Shown one piece after another: positions 28,197 to 36,689 of a stretch of 47,190 nucleotides of DNA. How positions within the stretch are numbered: position 1 is the stretch's first letter; each line of letters opens with the position of its first letter. The position numbers were made by a program, and so were the translations under genes. Where the stretch lies: the NCBI GenBank assembly GCA_035262265.1, contig DATFTG010000006.1, forward strand, positions 1 to 47,190. The letters are read 5' to 3'. Under the pieces are notes generated by a model. The model searched no databases and was not told where the DNA came from. It saw nothing but the letters and a program-made list of their open reading frames with translations. Origin of the DNA: Gemmatimonadales bacterium (GTDB taxonomy: Bacteria > Gemmatimonadota > Gemmatimonadetes > Gemmatimonadales > GWC2-71-9).

Positions 28197-29115
28197 GCAA
28201 CAGCCGCGCGAGGGACAGGGTGAATCCGACCGCGAGGCCGAGGACGACACCCAGTCGTCGATTGGGCCACGAGCGGCGGACGGGCAGGGTGGGAGGGTCG
28301 ATCACGCTCACGACGGGGGTATTGCGGACTTCCTGCAGCCCGGCTTGCTCAGCCTGCATACGCAGCTGCACGTAGATCTGTTGCGCCATGTCGACGCTGC
28401 GCTTCAGGCGCGATTCCTCCATTTGCAGCTCCGGGCTGCTCGTGATCCGGTTCCGCTGGTAGAAGGCCGCCAACGCCAGCTCCGCGGAATCGAGCCCGCG
28501 GCGGGCCTCGGCCGACCGGTCTGCCGTAAAATCGTGCTCCGCTGCAGCGCGGGCACGTCGCAACTCGATGTTCGCTTCGTTGAGCTCCGCTAACGTCGAT
28601 TCAGCCAACGCCTGCGCCAGCTCCGGAGTTCGCGCCTCGATCGAGACGCGCACGACGTTGGTGCGTCCATTCACGTCCAGCGCAATTGCCGTGCGGAGTC
28701 GCTTGATGGTCCGATACTCGCGCATCGCCGGCGCGTCCTGGTCGAACTCGTAAATGGTGGAGAGGGGAGTGAGCCGCCCCTGATAGGGAAACTGCGCCCG
28801 GGCCACGCGATGCAGCACGGCGTCCGTGGTCACCAGGTCACTGAAAAACTGCGGGCTGTTCTGCGGACTCGAGAGCGATACGTTCCCGAGCTGCGAAGCG
28901 AGTCCGGCCAGTGCGCCCGAGAGCTGGGTTTGCGGCGTGGACTCCGCCTGGAACGCCGCCGTCGATGTGTACGAGGAGGGGAGAATCAGGACCACGGCGA
29001 CCGCGACCGCGCCGCCGATCAGGGTGTAGGTGAGCACGAGCCGCCAGCGGGCGCGAACGATCGTGACGAGATCGCGCGCGATCTCGTACCAGGAGCTCGA
29101 GGGTGTAGCGGTCAC
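28174..29115 (-). CDS. Chain-length-determinant (Wzz/PCP-like) protein without a kinase domain
   Basis: Start set at GTG 29115-29113, a GTGA overlap with the upstream Wza-like stop (VTATPSSSWYEIARDLVTIVRARWRLVLTYTLIGGAVAVAVVLILP...). Coiled-coil periplasmic region and C-terminal TM LGVVLGLAVGFTLSLARLLL. The 3' end overlaps the convergent Wzy-like gene by 23 nt. Confidence 0.75.
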   Translation of the reverse strand: MTATPSSSWYEIARDLVTIVRARWRLVLTYTLIGGAVAVAVVLILPSSYTSTAAFQAESTPQTQLSGALAGLASQLGNVSLSSPQNSPQFFSDLVTTDAVLHRVARAQFPYQGRLTPLSTIYEFDQDAPAMREYRTIKRLRTAIALDVNGRTNVVRVSIEARTPELAQALAESTLAELNEANIELRRARAAAEHDFTADRSAEARRGLDSAELALAAFYQRNRITSSPELQMEESRLKRSVDMAQQIYVQLRMQAEQAGLQEVRNTPVVSVIDPPTLPVRRSWPNRRLGVVLGLAVGFTLSLARLLLTTPRPV

Positions 29116-31334
29116 AGTTTGGTGGTGACCACGGCGATCGTCAATGCACTGGCGAGGATCTGGGCAATGGCACCGAGCAACGCCACGTAATCGGTTTTGT
29201 GGGCGGTGGGGTCCTCGGCTGGTACGAAGACCTCGGAGCCGGGGCCCGGCTTCGGGTCCCCGTGGAACAACCCACGGCCGCGCGTGCGCACCTCGCCGTT
29301 GGCGAAGCGCACGCTCACCCCTCCCTTGTCGGCCCGTTGCGCGAACCCTCCCGCGGCACTCAGGTAGTATCCCAGATCCGCGCCGCGACGCCACAGCACA
29401 CTGCCCGGGGAATTCACTGCACCGCTCACTTTCACGCTTGGCTGGTACTCGGGCAGGTAGATGGAGTCGCCCGGTTGTAGCGTCAGATTGGCCGACGAGC
29501 CCGTCTCCCGCAGCGCGCGCACCAGGTCGACGTTGATGCGGCCTACGTCATTCTGTGTGCGGATGAACCGGATGCCGTCGGCGTACGCTTGCGCTGTCAG
29601 GCCACCCGCGCGGCCGATGACCTCCGACAACCGATCGTTCTTGGTTTGCAGCGAGTAGACGCCGGGATAGCGGACCTCTCCCAGCACCGTCACCGTGCGT
29701 TGGTAATCGAAGTCGGGCTGCCGCAGCACGAGCACGTTGTCGAACGGTTCGAGGGGAACCTCGGGAGCGCCGCTGGCAGCGAACGGCAGACCCGGCGGCC
29801 CGATGTACCGGCCCAGAGAGTCCCGATCGATGAGGTAGGTCGAGTCGAGCGGCACCCGAATCGTTGTCGCGAGCTGCCCCGCCGACCGGTCACTCGGCAG
29901 GCGAGCGATTTCAGCCTCTTTGAGATACGCTCCGATCCGCGGTCCACGGGCGAGTAGCGTCAGGTCGCGCAGCGTCATTCCCGGCCGCCACGGAAACACC
30001 CCCGGCTTGTTCACCATGCCGGCAATCCCGACCGTGTACTGCGCGGACAGCGGGGGCAGGGAATCGACGACGATCGAGTCGCCGTCTTCCAGCGTCACAG
30101 AGGGAATGGCTACCGGGCCTATCGTAGCTCCCCCGCTGTCGGCGGGCGCGAGGGCGATATCGATGGCGCCGCGCGCCAGCGGTGGCTGGCGCCGCTCCGC
30201 GATCGGAAGGAAGCGGAAGATCGTCACGCGCGTCAGGGCGGCGTCGGGCCGGAACCCGCCGGCCGCGTGCAAGACGTCGGCGAGGTGTTCGCCAGACTTG
30301 ATGGCGTATATGGCCGGGCGGCTCACCGCGCCTGTCACCTGCGCGCGCTTGCCGTGCGCCGGCACGAATACCACGTCTCCGGTCTCGAGCCGCTTGTCGC
30401 GATGGGTGTCGCCGCTGAGGAGGTAGTCGTACAGGTCGAGCGTATCCACAACCTGTCCACCGCGACGGATGAGGACCTGGCGAACGTCGGCGCGATCCGT
30501 CACCCCTCCCGCGGCGTAGAGCGCGGTGAGCGCGGTGCCCAGCGAGCTGATCTGGTAGGCTCCAGGCTGATTCACTTCGCCGGTGACGTACACTTGATTG
30601 GCTCGGACGTTGGCCACCGACACGTCGAAGTGTGTCGTAGGATTCGTCCGTCGAACACCCGAGTACACACGGCTGAGGCGCGTGTATAGGACGCTGCGCA
30701 GTTGGTCTAGCGTCATGTTCGCAACGAATACCTGGCCGACCTGTGGAATCAGGATGAAGGCTTCGCGCGTTACGAGCAACGAATGGGTGGTCTCCACGTC
30801 TCCGGTGAGAATCAGGACGAGCTGGTCGCCTGGACCGAGCTTGTAATCCGGGGGGACGGGGCCGGAGAGGAGCGGGAGGAACTGCGTAGTCGTGCGACGG
30901 AACGCATCGACGCCGAATACTTGATTTGCCGATTCGGGCCGTGCGCGCGTCGCTCGAACGGCACGGATGAAGCCCGTGTCGATCGGGAGGTTCACGAGGT
31001 TGACGGAAATGGGGGCCAGGCCGAGAGCCTGGACGGCGGCCACCTGATCGACGGAGACGCGCGTCGCGGTTCCCGACAGCGTATCGCCGCCCATGAACGC
31101 GTCGAGTAATGTCGGCGGATATCCCGCGGCCTGCAGACGAGCCCGTACCTGATCCGGAGTCATCCCGGATTGCATGAGCCGATTACGGATCTGCGTGCCG
31201 AGCGCCGGGTTTTGCTGCAGTGCCTGCTCGAGCGCCGACTGTGCCTGGGAAGCTGGGGGTAACGGAACCGGCGGATTCTGCCCGGGGGCGGCGGACGGCA
31301 CGACCAGGAGCAACGCAGCGACAATGAACCTCAA
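29112..31334 (-). CDS. Large outer-membrane polysaccharide export protein (Wza-like: Poly_export + multiple SLBB domains, 740 aa)
   Basis: Start moved to TTG 31334-31332, preceded by GGAGG at 6-nt spacing, giving the signal peptide (M)RFIVAALLLVVPSAAPGQ. YKLGPGDQLVLILTGD export motif. At least four SLBB-like repeats (VTGEVNQPGAY, VTGAVSRPAIY, IAGMVNKPGVF, VLGEVRYPGVY, VSGAVNSPGSV). C-terminal helix VALLGAIAQILASALTIAVV. Confidence 0.85.
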   Translation of the reverse strand: MRFIVAALLLVVPSAAPGQNPPVPLPPASQAQSALEQALQQNPALGTQIRNRLMQSGMTPDQVRARLQAAGYPPTLLDAFMGGDTLSGTATRVSVDQVAAVQALGLAPISVNLVNLPIDTGFIRAVRATRARPESANQVFGVDAFRRTTTQFLPLLSGPVPPDYKLGPGDQLVLILTGDVETTHSLLVTREAFILIPQVGQVFVANMTLDQLRSVLYTRLSRVYSGVRRTNPTTHFDVSVANVRANQVYVTGEVNQPGAYQISSLGTALTALYAAGGVTDRADVRQVLIRRGGQVVDTLDLYDYLLSGDTHRDKRLETGDVVFVPAHGKRAQVTGAVSRPAIYAIKSGEHLADVLHAAGGFRPDAALTRVTIFRFLPIAERRQPPLARGAIDIALAPADSGGATIGPVAIPSVTLEDGDSIVVDSLPPLSAQYTVGIAGMVNKPGVFPWRPGMTLRDLTLLARGPRIGAYLKEAEIARLPSDRSAGQLATTIRVPLDSTYLIDRDSLGRYIGPPGLPFAASGAPEVPLEPFDNVLVLRQPDFDYQRTVTVLGEVRYPGVYSLQTKNDRLSEVIGRAGGLTAQAYADGIRFIRTQNDVGRINVDLVRALRETGSSANLTLQPGDSIYLPEYQPSVKVSGAVNSPGSVLWRRGADLGYYLSAAGGFAQRADKGGVSVRFANGEVRTRGRGLFHGDPKPGPGSEVFVPAEDPTAHKTDYVALLGAIAQILASALTIAVVTTKL

Positions 31335-31487
31335 GTACGACCTCCGCCAGCAGAGTGGTGAGACCAGGGTGGCTAAGATGCCAGCTAACTGTAGGCCCGT
31401 CAAGGTGTTAAATCGTTTGGGGCTATGTCAGGTTCGCATCAGACCATCGAGCTAGTTTCTTTGGCCGACGCCCGACGATTCGGGAGC

Positions 31488-32954
31488 ATGCGGCTTCGAC
31501 TCGCTTTGCTCGCTGCGGCTATCGCCACATGGGCCTGCCTCGATCCGGCTGGCGCACCGAATTCGCTCCCCCCGGGTGGGTCGCGGGGCATCCTGGAAGA
31601 GAACCTGCGACCCGGGTCAAACTCCTGGGATACTGAGAACACAGCGCCGGATTCCGCTCTGAGCGGATTTGGCCTGCCGTTCAGCCTGCTGGGTGGAGAT
31701 ACGCTGCACCTGTTCGTCCGCGCGCTACGTCCTCCGGTGTCGATCACGATCTATCGCATGGGTTGGTATGGAGGAGCCGGTGCCCGTCCCGTGGCGCACC
31801 ACGACGGTGTCAGGGCCGTGTCGCAAGGCGCATGCACCCCGCTCGCGCCGGGACCGCAGGTCTGTAACTGGATCGAATCCGACCGAGTCGCCGTCACTCC
31901 CAATTGGATTCCCGGTGTCTACGTTGCCGCGCTTACCGACTCCGTGGGACGGGTACGAGGATTTCCGTTCGTCGTCCGGTCCGCGGATCCAGCTGCGTTT
32001 GTCGTCGTCTTGCCATTCGCGACATACCAGGCATACAACACCTGGGGTGGCGCGAGTCTGTACGGCGGTGCCGGAGCCACCCGTGCGGAGATTTACGCCA
32101 ACCGGGCGGTTCAGGTGTCGTACGCACGCCCGTTGAGTGATCCGGATTTCCAGAGCAACTTTGTTGGCATCGATTACCTGCTGGTCCGCTGGCTCGAGCG
32201 GCACGCGTACGACGTCAGTTACATCACCGACTACGATTTTCACCTGGGTCGCGGCGCCGATCCGGGTACGGCCTGGTTGTTTGCAGGCCATTCGGAGTAT
32301 TGGACCTGGCCGATGTGGCTGCGCGCGAATGCGAGTCGGAATTCCGGAATCAGCCTGGGATTCCTCGGCGGGAACGACATCTACTGGATGGCCCGATTCG
32401 AGAGTGGACAGATGGGCGGGCTTGATGCCCCTACCGTCGTCTGCTACCGGGACGCGTCGCTCGACCCGGACGGGGCGACGCCAGGCCTCGCCACGGTGCT
32501 GTTTCGCTCTCCACCAAACGGCACTCCCGAAAACTCGTTGATGGGAGTAATGAGCGGTCCTTTGGAGTTGATGCGCGCTCCCCCCGTCGACCTCGTGGTG
32601 GCCAACGATACCGATCCCCTGATGGCTGGAACCGGCTTGCGGATCGGCGAGCACATTCCGCGTGTCGCGGGATGGGAGGCCGACCGCATCGTCAGCAACG
32701 GTCGCACGCCGCCTGGAATCCGGACGCTGTTTCAGAGTCCCTATGTGCCGATGTGGGACTCGACGGCAACCGAGATGATGCACATGACCGTGTATACGTG
32801 GGCACCATCGGGAGCGATGGTGTTTGCCGCGGGGGAACCCGGATTCGCGTGGGGACTGGAAACCTTCCGAAGCCGGACGGCGCGGCCCCAGTTGGAGCGG
32901 CTGCTGCAGAATGTGCTCGCCGAGTTTGTTGCTGCGCGGCAGCCCCGGCGGTGA
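31488..32954 (+). CDS. Secreted N,N-dimethylformamidase beta-subunit-like family protein (function unknown)
   Basis: Motifs VVLPFATYQAYNTWGG, FAGHSEYWTWPMW and FLGGNDIYWMARFE match my memory of the DMFase large-subunit-like family. Signal peptide MRLRLALLAAAIATWAC if the start is ATG 31488; the track start ATG 31425 is also possible. Confidence 0.65.
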   Translation: MRLRLALLAAAIATWACLDPAGAPNSLPPGGSRGILEENLRPGSNSWDTENTAPDSALSGFGLPFSLLGGDTLHLFVRALRPPVSITIYRMGWYGGAGARPVAHHDGVRAVSQGACTPLAPGPQVCNWIESDRVAVTPNWIPGVYVAALTDSVGRVRGFPFVVRSADPAAFVVVLPFATYQAYNTWGGASLYGGAGATRAEIYANRAVQVSYARPLSDPDFQSNFVGIDYLLVRWLERHAYDVSYITDYDFHLGRGADPGTAWLFAGHSEYWTWPMWLRANASRNSGISLGFLGGNDIYWMARFESGQMGGLDAPTVVCYRDASLDPDGATPGLATVLFRSPPNGTPENSLMGVMSGPLELMRAPPVDLVVANDTDPLMAGTGLRIGEHIPRVAGWEADRIVSNGRTPPGIRTLFQSPYVPMWDSTATEMMHMTVYTWAPSGAMVFAAGEPGFAWGLETFRSRTARPQLERLLQNVLAEFVAARQPRR

Positions 32955-32965
32955 ATACTGGGCAG

Positions 32966-34096
32966 CTACTTCACTCCGGGGGGAGGCACATAGGTCCGCC
33001 AGCGGTCCGCGACCGTTTTGAACCATGGATCGGCGGTCCTGGAGTAGAATGCATCCATGATCAAGATGCACAGATGATGATATGCGACGGTGTTGTATCC
33101 GCCACTTCTCGAGTAACGGGTCCAAGACCCGGTGTCGTAAAAGGGAGTGTAGTACTTCAGCGCGTCGATGCCGCGTGAAAAGAGCCGGGCGATCTCGGGA
33201 TCCGCGGTAACCTGCGCGGCGTAGCCGACTCCTAAAAGGGCCCACGCTGACCCGTTCCAGACCTGCACCGCCGGATGAAACTCTTCCCACCAATAACCGT
33301 GGGTCGTATCGGGCAGCAGCACGCCGCCATCCTGCCACGAGACGTAGAACGCGTTCAACAGCTCGTACATCCGAGCGCGCCAGCCTGGGTCGCCAGTGCG
33401 ACGGTACGCCTCAGCGAAGAGGGCGAGGGCCAATCCCTCGGCCATTCCGGATACCCAAGGCGCGGTCACACTCACGCCGCCGGATGTCCAAGGAAATTCG
33501 TACTCCCAGACCGGGAACCGACGTCCATCGGCGGTGCGCCAGAGGGCGTAGTGATAGAGTGCGGCGCCCACGCCCAGGATGGTATCGGTTGGTGTGGAGG
33601 AGCTCGGCAGCAACCATTCGACATCCAGCAGCGTATTCACGGGTTGAAACTGGACGCCAAGTCCTGAATAGACATGCCAGGACAACCATGGCGTTCTTGC
33701 GGGAAAGATCTCGCCGTCATGATCCGTCAGCTGCCCGCGGACGTGATCCAGTGTGACCCCGAGGTGATCCAGCAAGCGGTGAAAACGTGCGCTATCGACG
33801 AACTGCTGCCGGCCGTAGAAGTCGCCGACATGTTGCAACGCTTCGGTGACTTCCAATGCCTGGCTGGTCCGGTATGACCCACCGCCAGTGTGAAGCGAGT
33901 CGCGTACCGCTATCGCGGAATCGATCAGGTTGATAGCGACGACGGCGTCGGTGGAGCTGATGTACGCCTGGTTCTTGAGGCAGGTAGGGATCAACTCCGG
34001 CGTCGTCAGCGATCCGTTGCGGCAGTCCGGCGGCACCGCCGGATCGAGGCACGCGGCGAGCACGAGCGTAACGAACATAACGTCAAGCCGTGCCAT
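32966..34096 (-). CDS. Lipoprotein with a D-glucuronyl C5-epimerase C-terminal-like domain
   Basis: Lipobox MFVTLVLAAC. WVSGMAEGLALALFAEAYRRTGDPGWRARM resembles the W-x-S-x-MAQG...RAY motif, and TVAYHHLCILIMDAFY resembles the YH..H...L motif of C5-epim_C. TGATG 1-nt overlap with the upstream GT gene. Confidence 0.7.
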   Translation of the reverse strand: MARLDVMFVTLVLAACLDPAVPPDCRNGSLTTPELIPTCLKNQAYISSTDAVVAINLIDSAIAVRDSLHTGGGSYRTSQALEVTEALQHVGDFYGRQQFVDSARFHRLLDHLGVTLDHVRGQLTDHDGEIFPARTPWLSWHVYSGLGVQFQPVNTLLDVEWLLPSSSTPTDTILGVGAALYHYALWRTADGRRFPVWEYEFPWTSGGVSVTAPWVSGMAEGLALALFAEAYRRTGDPGWRARMYELLNAFYVSWQDGGVLLPDTTHGYWWEEFHPAVQVWNGSAWALLGVGYAAQVTADPEIARLFSRGIDALKYYTPFYDTGSWTRYSRSGGYNTVAYHHLCILIMDAFYSRTADPWFKTVADRWRTYVPPPGVK

Positions 34097-35289
34097 CAGA
34101 GGAATTTCCGATAGACCTCAGCCGTCCGCTCCGCCGTCCGCCGCCAGGTGAACCCCTCGGCGCGGTGCATCCCGAGCGCGATCAACGCCTCACGCCGGTC
34201 CTGATCCTCCGACAACTCCACCAGCGCCTGCACGTACGCAGCCGGGTCGCGCCCTTCGACGATCACCGCCGCGTCTCCCGCCACTTCCTTCAATCCGCCG
34301 GCATCCGAGGTGACGACCGGCAGCCCCGAGGCGAACGCTTCGAGCACCGGAAACGCGATCGTTTCGTACAGCGAGGGGAAGAGCAGTACGTCCGCGGCGC
34401 TATAGGCGCGGCGCAGCGTCGTCTCATCGGCAGCCGGGACGCTGCGCAGCATCGGCCGCAGCCCGAGCCGGTCGATCAGCTGCTCCTGATCGGCCGTGAG
34501 ACGCCCGCCCACCTGCAGCAGATAGACGTCGACCCCGACCTCCATGCGCAGCCGCGCCACCGTCTGGATGACGAGCGGCACGTTCTTCCGCTCCACGGTA
34601 CTGCCGACGTGCAGCACGACGAAAGCGTCGGCGGGGAGGCGCCAATCGCGCCGCCCGCGCTCGCGCCCGCCCGGCGCTTCGCGGAAGAACGAGCGATCGA
34701 CGCCGAACGGCACCACGTGGATCTTGCGGTCGTCCCCCAGCCACGTCGCCAGCTCGCGCCGCAGCCACTCGGTCCCGACGAGAAACGCGTCCGCCTGGCG
34801 CAGCGCCTTCAGCGTGCGCAACAGCAGCCGATTGCGGAACGACTCCGCGATGCCGCCGGTCGGCGAGCGCAGCACCGTGACCGGCATGAGATCGTGCACG
34901 GTGATCACGACGGGACGCTTGCGCGCCTGGGCCAGGAGATGCGCGTAGGAGTGGTCGAGGATGTGCACCAGGCTGGCGCGTTTCGCTTCGCGGCCAAGCC
35001 GAGCGGGATAGAAGAAGTACCGCGCCGCAAACCCCTGCGGTCCGCGCAACGGTCCCGGGAGCACGAACCGCTCGGGATCGATCGGCTGATTCCACCAGCG
35101 CCGGTAGTAGCCACCCGACGTTCGCCGGCCGGGGCCGGCGTCGCGTGTCAGCTCGCCGATGTGCGCGGCGAGCCGCACCTCGAACCCCGGGTCGCCGCTC
35201 TCGAGCCAGTCGTGCAGCCGGTGGGCGTATTTGTCCATCGCGGCAGCGCGGTCGAGCGGCAGATCGGGTACGAGCAGCACACGGGGCAA
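34096..35289 (-). CDS. GT4-family glycosyltransferase
   Basis: Start set at TTG 35289-35287 (GGAG 8 nt upstream); GTG 35280 is an alternative. The track N-terminal 160 codons are Arg/Ala junk overlapping the upstream GT. C-terminal VLLFPSLYETIAFPVLEAFASGLPVVTSDAGGLKEV motif. Confidence 0.8.
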   Translation of the reverse strand: MPRVLLVPDLPLDRAAAMDKYAHRLHDWLESGDPGFEVRLAAHIGELTRDAGPGRRTSGGYYRRWWNQPIDPERFVLPGPLRGPQGFAARYFFYPARLGREAKRASLVHILDHSYAHLLAQARKRPVVITVHDLMPVTVLRSPTGGIAESFRNRLLLRTLKALRQADAFLVGTEWLRRELATWLGDDRKIHVVPFGVDRSFFREAPGGRERGRRDWRLPADAFVVLHVGSTVERKNVPLVIQTVARLRMEVGVDVYLLQVGGRLTADQEQLIDRLGLRPMLRSVPAADETTLRRAYSAADVLLFPSLYETIAFPVLEAFASGLPVVTSDAGGLKEVAGDAAVIVEGRDPAAYVQALVELSEDQDRREALIALGMHRAEGFTWRRTAERTAEVYRKFL

Positions 35290-35309
35290 GGGCGTAACTC
35301 CATCCGGGA

Positions 35310-36425
35310 TCAGTGCGACGGTTTCCTGCTGATACGCTGCCAGAACGCGACGGTCTGCTCGGCGACGGCGTCGTCGCTGTAGAGCTCCAGCGCCCGCGCC
35401 CGCGCCGCGCGCGCCAGCGGCAGGCGCACGCCGGGGTCGAGCATCATGCCGATGGCATCGCGCAGCGACTCGGCGTCGTTCGGCGGCGTGATCAGCCCGG
35501 CGGCGCCGATCAACTCCGGCAGCACACCCGCCCGCGAGCCGATCACCGAGACCTCGTGCGCCATCGCCTCGAGCAGCGTCACCCCGGTGGGCTCGTTCCA
35601 CGTCGCCGTGGGCCGCGACGGCACCACCAGCAGATCGAGATCGGGCCACAGCTCGGCGATCCGCTCCGGCGGCAGCGCGCCGACCCAGCGCACTCGGGCG
35701 GGGAGCCGCAGGTCGCTCGCCAGACGCTCGAGCCGCTCGCGCTCCGGGCCGTCCCCGGCCACGATGAGTCGCCACGGTGCGTCGCGATGCTGGGCCAGCG
35801 CCTGCAGCAAGGTATCGAGGCCGCGATGGGGCACCAGCCGCCCGACGAACCCGATCACGAGGTGGTCGTGCGGGGTGTGCGCCGGCGTCGCGGGCACGGG
35901 CGCGCCCTGGGGGGGGACGATCCCGACCGGCAGTTGGGGCGCGTCGCGACGCACCAGGCGCGCGGCACCGTCGCTCGCCGCCAGAACACCCGCGAGGCGG
36001 CGCAACACGCGGCGGCGCCGCCAGCGATCCATCCAGCTGCGCTCGCCATCGACGTTCGCCTCGGTCACGATCACGGTGGGCACCCTGAGCCGCGCCGCGA
36101 CGCGCACCAACTGACGCGCCAGCGCCGATTCGGGCTCCGCCTCGATCTGCACCAGCTCGGGTCGCTTGTCACGTACCAGTGCCGCGAGCGGGCGCGTGCC
36201 GAATCGCATCTCGGCCGGCTCTCCGGAATTACTGACGGGGATCGGGAAGATCTCGAGGGCCTGGGTCCGTTCCCAGGAGGTTTCGCGGGTGCGGTCGAGG
36301 AGCGGGTCGCGCCACCGCTGCGGCACGGCCACCGTCAACTCGAGGCCGCGGCCGGCGAGCGCGCGCAGCTTGCCGCGGGCGGTGGGCTCCACGTAAACGT
36401 GGGAGGCGATCAGGACGCGATGCAT
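35310..36425 (-). CDS. GT4-family glycosyltransferase
   Basis: MHRVLIASHVYVEP N-terminus, FVGRLVPHRGLDTLL, LIVAGDGPER and EPTGVTLLEAMAHEVSVIGSRAGVLPELI motifs. Contains a C8 (plus-strand G8) run at 35909-35916. Confidence 0.85.
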   Translation of the reverse strand: MHRVLIASHVYVEPTARGKLRALAGRGLELTVAVPQRWRDPLLDRTRETSWERTQALEIFPIPVSNSGEPAEMRFGTRPLAALVRDKRPELVQIEAEPESALARQLVRVAARLRVPTVIVTEANVDGERSWMDRWRRRRVLRRLAGVLAASDGAARLVRRDAPQLPVGIVPPQGAPVPATPAHTPHDHLVIGFVGRLVPHRGLDTLLQALAQHRDAPWRLIVAGDGPERERLERLASDLRLPARVRWVGALPPERIAELWPDLDLLVVPSRPTATWNEPTGVTLLEAMAHEVSVIGSRAGVLPELIGAAGLITPPNDAESLRDAIGMMLDPGVRLPLARAARARALELYSDDAVAEQTVAFWQRISRKPSH

Positions 36426-36426
36426 G

Positions 36427-36535
36427 GAATGGCGGAATGCAGAATGAAAAATGCAGAATCAGGAGAGATGGAGACCTCGTGGGCAGGGCGCGACGTCTCA
36501 CCCATTCTGCATTCTCCATTCGTCATTCTGCATTG
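36427..36535. repeat. Low-GC inverted heptamer array, element A: 5 x GAATGNN, a 40-nt GC-rich spacer, 5 x CATTCNN
   Basis: Left heptads run 36427-36462 and right heptads 36503-36535. Perfect pairings are AATGCAGAATGA 36436-36447 with TCATTCTGCATT 36523-36534, and AATGCAGAAT 36450-36459 with ATTCTGCATT 36504-36513. It sits one base from the GT start codon (36425) and next to tRNA-Val. Confidence 0.8.
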
Positions 36536-36539
36536 AAAG

Positions 36540-36613
36540 TGGGCGGTACAGGACTCGAACCTGTGACCTCCGGTATGTGAGACCGGCGCTCTAACCAGCT
36601 GAGCTAACCACCC
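36540..36613 (-). tRNA. tRNA-Val (anticodon CAC), 74 nt, CCA not encoded
   Basis: Hand-folded cloverleaf: GGGTGGT/ACCGCCC acceptor (one G-U), GCTC/GAGC D stem, CCGGT-CTCACAT-ACCGG anticodon arm, ACAGG-TTCGAGT-CCTGT T arm, discriminator A. Confidence 0.9.
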
Positions 36614-36620
36614 GAACTGC

Positions 36621-36653
36621 TGGACGCGTAGACGCAAACGACGCATCGACGCG
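36621..36653. repeat. Tandem octamer array TGGACGCG-TAGACGCA-AACGACGCA-TCGACGCG
   Basis: Read directly. It uses the same unit as the array at 8728-8762 and lies between the small secreted ORF stop and the tRNA-Val 5' end. Confidence 0.6.
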
Positions 36654-36689
36654 CGGAAAAAGCAAACCGCTCATCAAGATAGTGACGGC

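Noticed and set aside
36410-36646. 78-aa minus-strand ORF across the tRNA-Val region, and the 96-aa ORF 36229-36519
   Set aside because: The first translates the tRNA gene itself (WLAQLVRAPVSHTGGHRFES is a typical tRNA-derived pseudo-peptide). The second runs through repeat element A and overlaps the GT 5' end.
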